From positions 3,456,001 to 3,520,000 of the forward strand of contig CAVTTN010000002.1 in the NCBI GenBank assembly GCA_963737655.1: 64,000 nucleotides of DNA. The letters are read 5' to 3'. The translations under genes and the position numbers were made by a program. The notes beneath the pieces are model-generated. The model did not search any database, was not told the origin of the DNA, and was given only the letters and a program-made list of their open reading frames with translations. This stretch comes from an uncultured Planctomycetota bacterium. Its GTDB lineage: Bacteria; Planctomycetota; Planctomycetia; Isosphaerales; Isosphaeraceae. Each line of letters opens with the position of its first letter. Positions within the stretch are counted from its first letter, which is position 1. This document shows, one piece after another, positions 61,288 through 64,000 of this stretch.

Positions 61288-61651
61288 TCATGTGCAACCC
61301 GCCTACAATAGTATTGGCTATAAGCCGACAGGCAGGCACCGCTCCCAATCGGGCATTGGTTCATCCCCATTGAGTGAGTGCAGGCGAAAGTCGTGCCCGA
61401 CGTGCAGCCTGTGTAATAACTGTCGCACGTGCGATCAGGTGCAGACTCGCACTTGACACTGCCGTTGCTCAGACAGTCACAATCACCACCGCCAATGTGG
61501 CCGGCCCCGGCCAACCGCGGCCCGATCCCGAGCTAAGCCCACGGCCCTCCGGCGTGGCTGGCGTGACCCCCGACTGCCATGAGCGTCGCGATCACGGCCA
61601 TGAACACTGCCAGCGATGCGAACTGCGTGAGGATCCAATTCTTCGTCGCAC
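61288..61651 (-). CDS. Small Cys-rich secreted peptide gene, disrupted by errors or decay
   Basis: AGGAGG + GTG at 61651; hydrophobic leader ILTQFASLAVFMAVIATLMAVG; in-frame TAG; core GGG-DCDC...C x9, with a 10th Cys if one base is restored. Confidence 0.5.
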
Positions 61652-61804
61652 TGGCCTCCTACACCTTGCTCTAGGGTGTCCGGGCTTCGGATCGGTCGGC
61701 CACGTCAGAACCATGGACCACGAAGGCTCAGCCCAACATATCATCCGGGATTTCCCGGATGGGTCTTAGCCTGCGCGTCGGCGACCTCGCACAGGTCTCC
61801 TAAA

Positions 61805-61839
61805 CTTGTATTTATTACAAGGGCCAATGCCTCTGTCAA
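61805..61839 (-). promoter_or_regulatory. sigma-70-like promoter with palindrome driving the cassette genes
   Basis: Minus strand TTGACA-N16-TAATAA; CTTGTA-N5-TACAAG at 61805-61821. Confidence 0.5.
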
Positions 61840-61864
61840 GGGGTAAGCGGGGGGAGAAAATCAA

Positions 61865-62148
61865 GGCGTGAAAGGGGACGAAGGCGTGAAAGGGGACGAA
61901 GGCGTGAAAGGGGACGGGCGTGAAAGGGGACGGAGAGAATTATGCTCTGGGAAGGCGTGGAAGGGGACGGAGAGAATTATGAGGCGTGAAAGGGGACGGA
62001 GAGGAGGCGTGAAAGGGGACGGAGGAGGCGTGAAAGGGGACGGAGAGAAATATGCTCTGGAAGGTTGGGGGGGAGAAAAGGGGAGGGGGGAGAAAAGGGG
62101 ACGGGGGGAATTCTCAGCGGGGGAGAAAAGGGGACGGAGGAAATTCTT
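61865..62148 (+). repeat. Nested direct-repeat array GGCGTGAAAGGGGACG x8 plus AGAAAAGGGGA[C/G]GG x3
   Basis: Copies start at 61865, 61883, 61901, 61917, 61954, 61983, 62006, 62027 with variable 3' extensions (GAGAGAATTATGCTCTGG). Confidence 0.9.
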
Positions 62149-62160
62149 AGGAGGAAAAAA

Positions 62161-62209
62161 GTTGGGAGTCGAAATTACGCCTAAATAAACCTATTTTCAG
62201 CTCCTGACC
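62161..62209 (-). repeat. REP-like element, right boundary of cassette (inverted relative to 60081-60129)
   Basis: Reverse complement GGTCAGGAGCTGAAAATAGGTTTATTTAGGCGTAATTTCGACTCCCAAC. Confidence 0.75.
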
Positions 62210-62265
62210 CATCTCCCCCCTGTCGTCATCCGGGCGACCTCTGGATGATGTGAATCACGATCTCC

Positions 62266-62781
62266 TCAGGACCGCATCCGGTCGTACAGGAGGATGGCCA
62301 GCATGGACTTGGCGTCCTCGATCCGGCCGTCTCGGGCCATTTCGACGACCTCCGCCCAGGGGATCACGATCGGTTCGAGCCTCTCGTCGGGCTGGTGATC
62401 GGTCGGCCCCGGGGTGAGGTCTTCGCACACGTAGAGATACATCCGCTCGTTCATGACGCCCGGGGAGACCCACCATTCGGCGATCCGGGCGACTCGGCCG
62501 GCGGAGTATCCCGTTTCCTCGCGGAGTTCCCTCGGGGCGGTCTCGTCGGGCGATTCCCCGGCGTCGATCGTCCCGGCGGGCACTTCCAGGAGGGTCCGGT
62601 CCACGGCGTATCGGCCGTTCTTGACCAGGCAGACGTGGTCGCGATCGACCATCGGCAAGAGGGCGACGGCTCCGCGATGGAGGACGACCTCGCGGGTTGC
62701 GAACGAGCCATCGCCAGAAGGAACGTCCTGGAGGGCCAGGTCGATCTTCTTGCCTCGGTAGATCACCCGACGATCGCTCAT
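62266..62781 (-). CDS. Nudix hydrolase (ADP-ribose pyrophosphatase-like)
   Basis: LEVPAGTIDAGESPDETAPRELREETGY Nudix box; SPG; IEDAKS. Confidence 0.93.
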   Translation of the reverse strand: MSDRRVIYRGKKIDLALQDVPSGDGSFATREVVLHRGAVALLPMVDRDHVCLVKNGRYAVDRTLLEVPAGTIDAGESPDETAPRELREETGYSAGRVARIAEWWVSPGVMNERMYLYVCEDLTPGPTDHQPDERLEPIVIPWAEVVEMARDGRIEDAKSMLAILLYDRMRS

Positions 62782-63960
62782 GAAAGTCCCTCTTCCCGGC
62801 GATGGGCGCGCCATCCCGCCTCGAAGCGGTCCAGGGCGTCCCGGAGGATCGGCTCCTCGACGGCGAAGCAGAGACGGACGTGCCCTTCCCCGCCCTCGCC
62901 GAAGGCCGAGCCCGGGGCCAACCCCACGCCGAATTCTCTGACCAATCGGTCGCAGAACGCATAAGAGTCGGCCAGGCCGATGAGCCGGGGGAAGACGTAG
63001 AAGGCCCCGGAGGGTCGGGGAAGCTCGACGCCGACGATCCTGGCCATCCGATCCAGGACGATCCCCAGGTGCCTTCGATAGCGAGCCTGGGACTCGGCGA
63101 TGAACGGCTCGCCGTCGCGGAGGGCCACCTTCGCGGCTTCCTGGACGACTCCGGGGGCGTTGCTGACCACGAATTCCTGGAGGTGCGTCATCGGCCGGGC
63201 CAGCGACGGCGGCGCCACCGCGTAGCCGATCCGCCAGCCGGTCATCCGGTACGCCTTGGAGAAGCTCTGGGCGACGATCAGGCGATCCCGGAGCGCCTCG
63301 CACCGGAACGGCGACGGCGCGACGGGCCGGTCGAAGACGATCCGCTCGTACACGCCGTCGGCGAGGAGCCAGAGGCCGTGCCTCTCGCACAACTGGGCCA
63401 GGCGGTCCCAGTCCTCGGCCGAGGCCATCCACCCGGTCGGGTTGCCGGGGCTGGCCACGGCGATCAACCGGGAATCGGGCCGGACGGCCGCTTCCAGGCG
63501 GTCGAAATCGAGTTGATAGCCGTCGGGATGGAAGTCCAGGGGGAACTCGATCGCCTCGGCCCCGGTCACGCGGACGGCCGCGGCGGTATTCGGCCAGCTC
63601 GGCGTGATCACCAGGGCGGACGTCCCGGGTCCGAGCGTCGCCTGATAGGCCAGGACGATCGCGTTCATCCCGCTCGACGTGAGGATGACCTGACGGTCGG
63701 GGTCGATGGCGACGCCGTGGAGCATCGCCAGGTGGTCGGCGACGACCCGGCGGACTTCGGGATAGCCGGCGTTGGGCGTGTAGTAGGTGCGGTTGGCCTC
63801 GATGGCCCGGTGGGCGGCGTCCTTGATGAAATCGGGGGTGGGGAGCGTGTCCTCGCCCACGAACAGGCGGAGAGTGCCGGGGTGCTCGTCGGCCACCTCG
63901 GCGATGGCGCAGGATTTTTGAGGGGGGGATGTCGGTCGAGGGACTGAGCCGGGGCGTCAT
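62778..63960 (-). CDS. Class I PLP aminotransferase (aspartate aminotransferase-like); frameshift near 63910
   Basis: YTPNAG, SPGNPTG, ADGVYE, SFSKAYRMTGWRIG, GAFY, APGSAFG. Confidence 0.92.
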
Positions 63961-64000
63961 CGCTCGTCCGCCTTCTCCCGGGGGACCAGTCGGCACATCA

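Noticed and set aside
61865..62148. CRISPR array or a repeat-encoded protein (MKGDEGVKGDEG...)
   Set aside because: No unique constant-length spacers, no cas genes, and unit lengths are not consistently multiples of three.
1184..63960. Widespread frameshifts (MFS, kinase, regulator, RbfA-like, MFP, rarA, glpD, DUF2325-like, sugar dehydrogenase, aminotransferase) as pseudogenisation or programmed frameshifting
   Set aside because: They are single-base indels in G/C-rich runs within otherwise intact conserved genes, without accumulated stops. Uncorrected long-read error is the simpler explanation.

Overview
High-GC (about 70%) bacterial chromosome segment. The gene content points to Planctomycetota, probably Isosphaeraceae (inference from a DUF1549/DUF1553 + DUF1501 pair, four secreted proteins with the planctomycete LE-x-R-x-LL N-terminal motif, an H-X9-DG domain and an RbfA paralogue). 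There are about 45 CDSs: transporters, an NtrC-type two-component system, RarA, GlpD, GH63, GH15, CsrA, RtcB, aminotransferases, an ECF sigma/anti-sigma pair, PEP-CTERM and Nudix. At least ten genes carry single-base frameshifts that look like long-read errors, so many ORF-track calls are fragments or false fusions. No rRNA, tRNA, CRISPR array or transposase was found. Most interesting: (1) a leaderless, probably autoregulated MerR-HTH gene coupled to a VIT-vWA protein fused to a catalytically dead Ser/Thr pseudokinase, with both proteins sharing an FWK[D/E]PP motif; (2) a candidate ~83-nt sRNA with its own promoter, operator palindrome, anti-SD-like linker and terminator; (3) a ~2.1-kb lower-GC cassette bounded by inverted REP-like repeats, carrying a Cys-rich peptide gene and a nested 16-mer array; (4) a uORF/hairpin leader upstream of the RbfA paralogue; (5) three sigma-54 promoters; (6) covarying ~100-bp palindromes flanking the DUF1553 gene.
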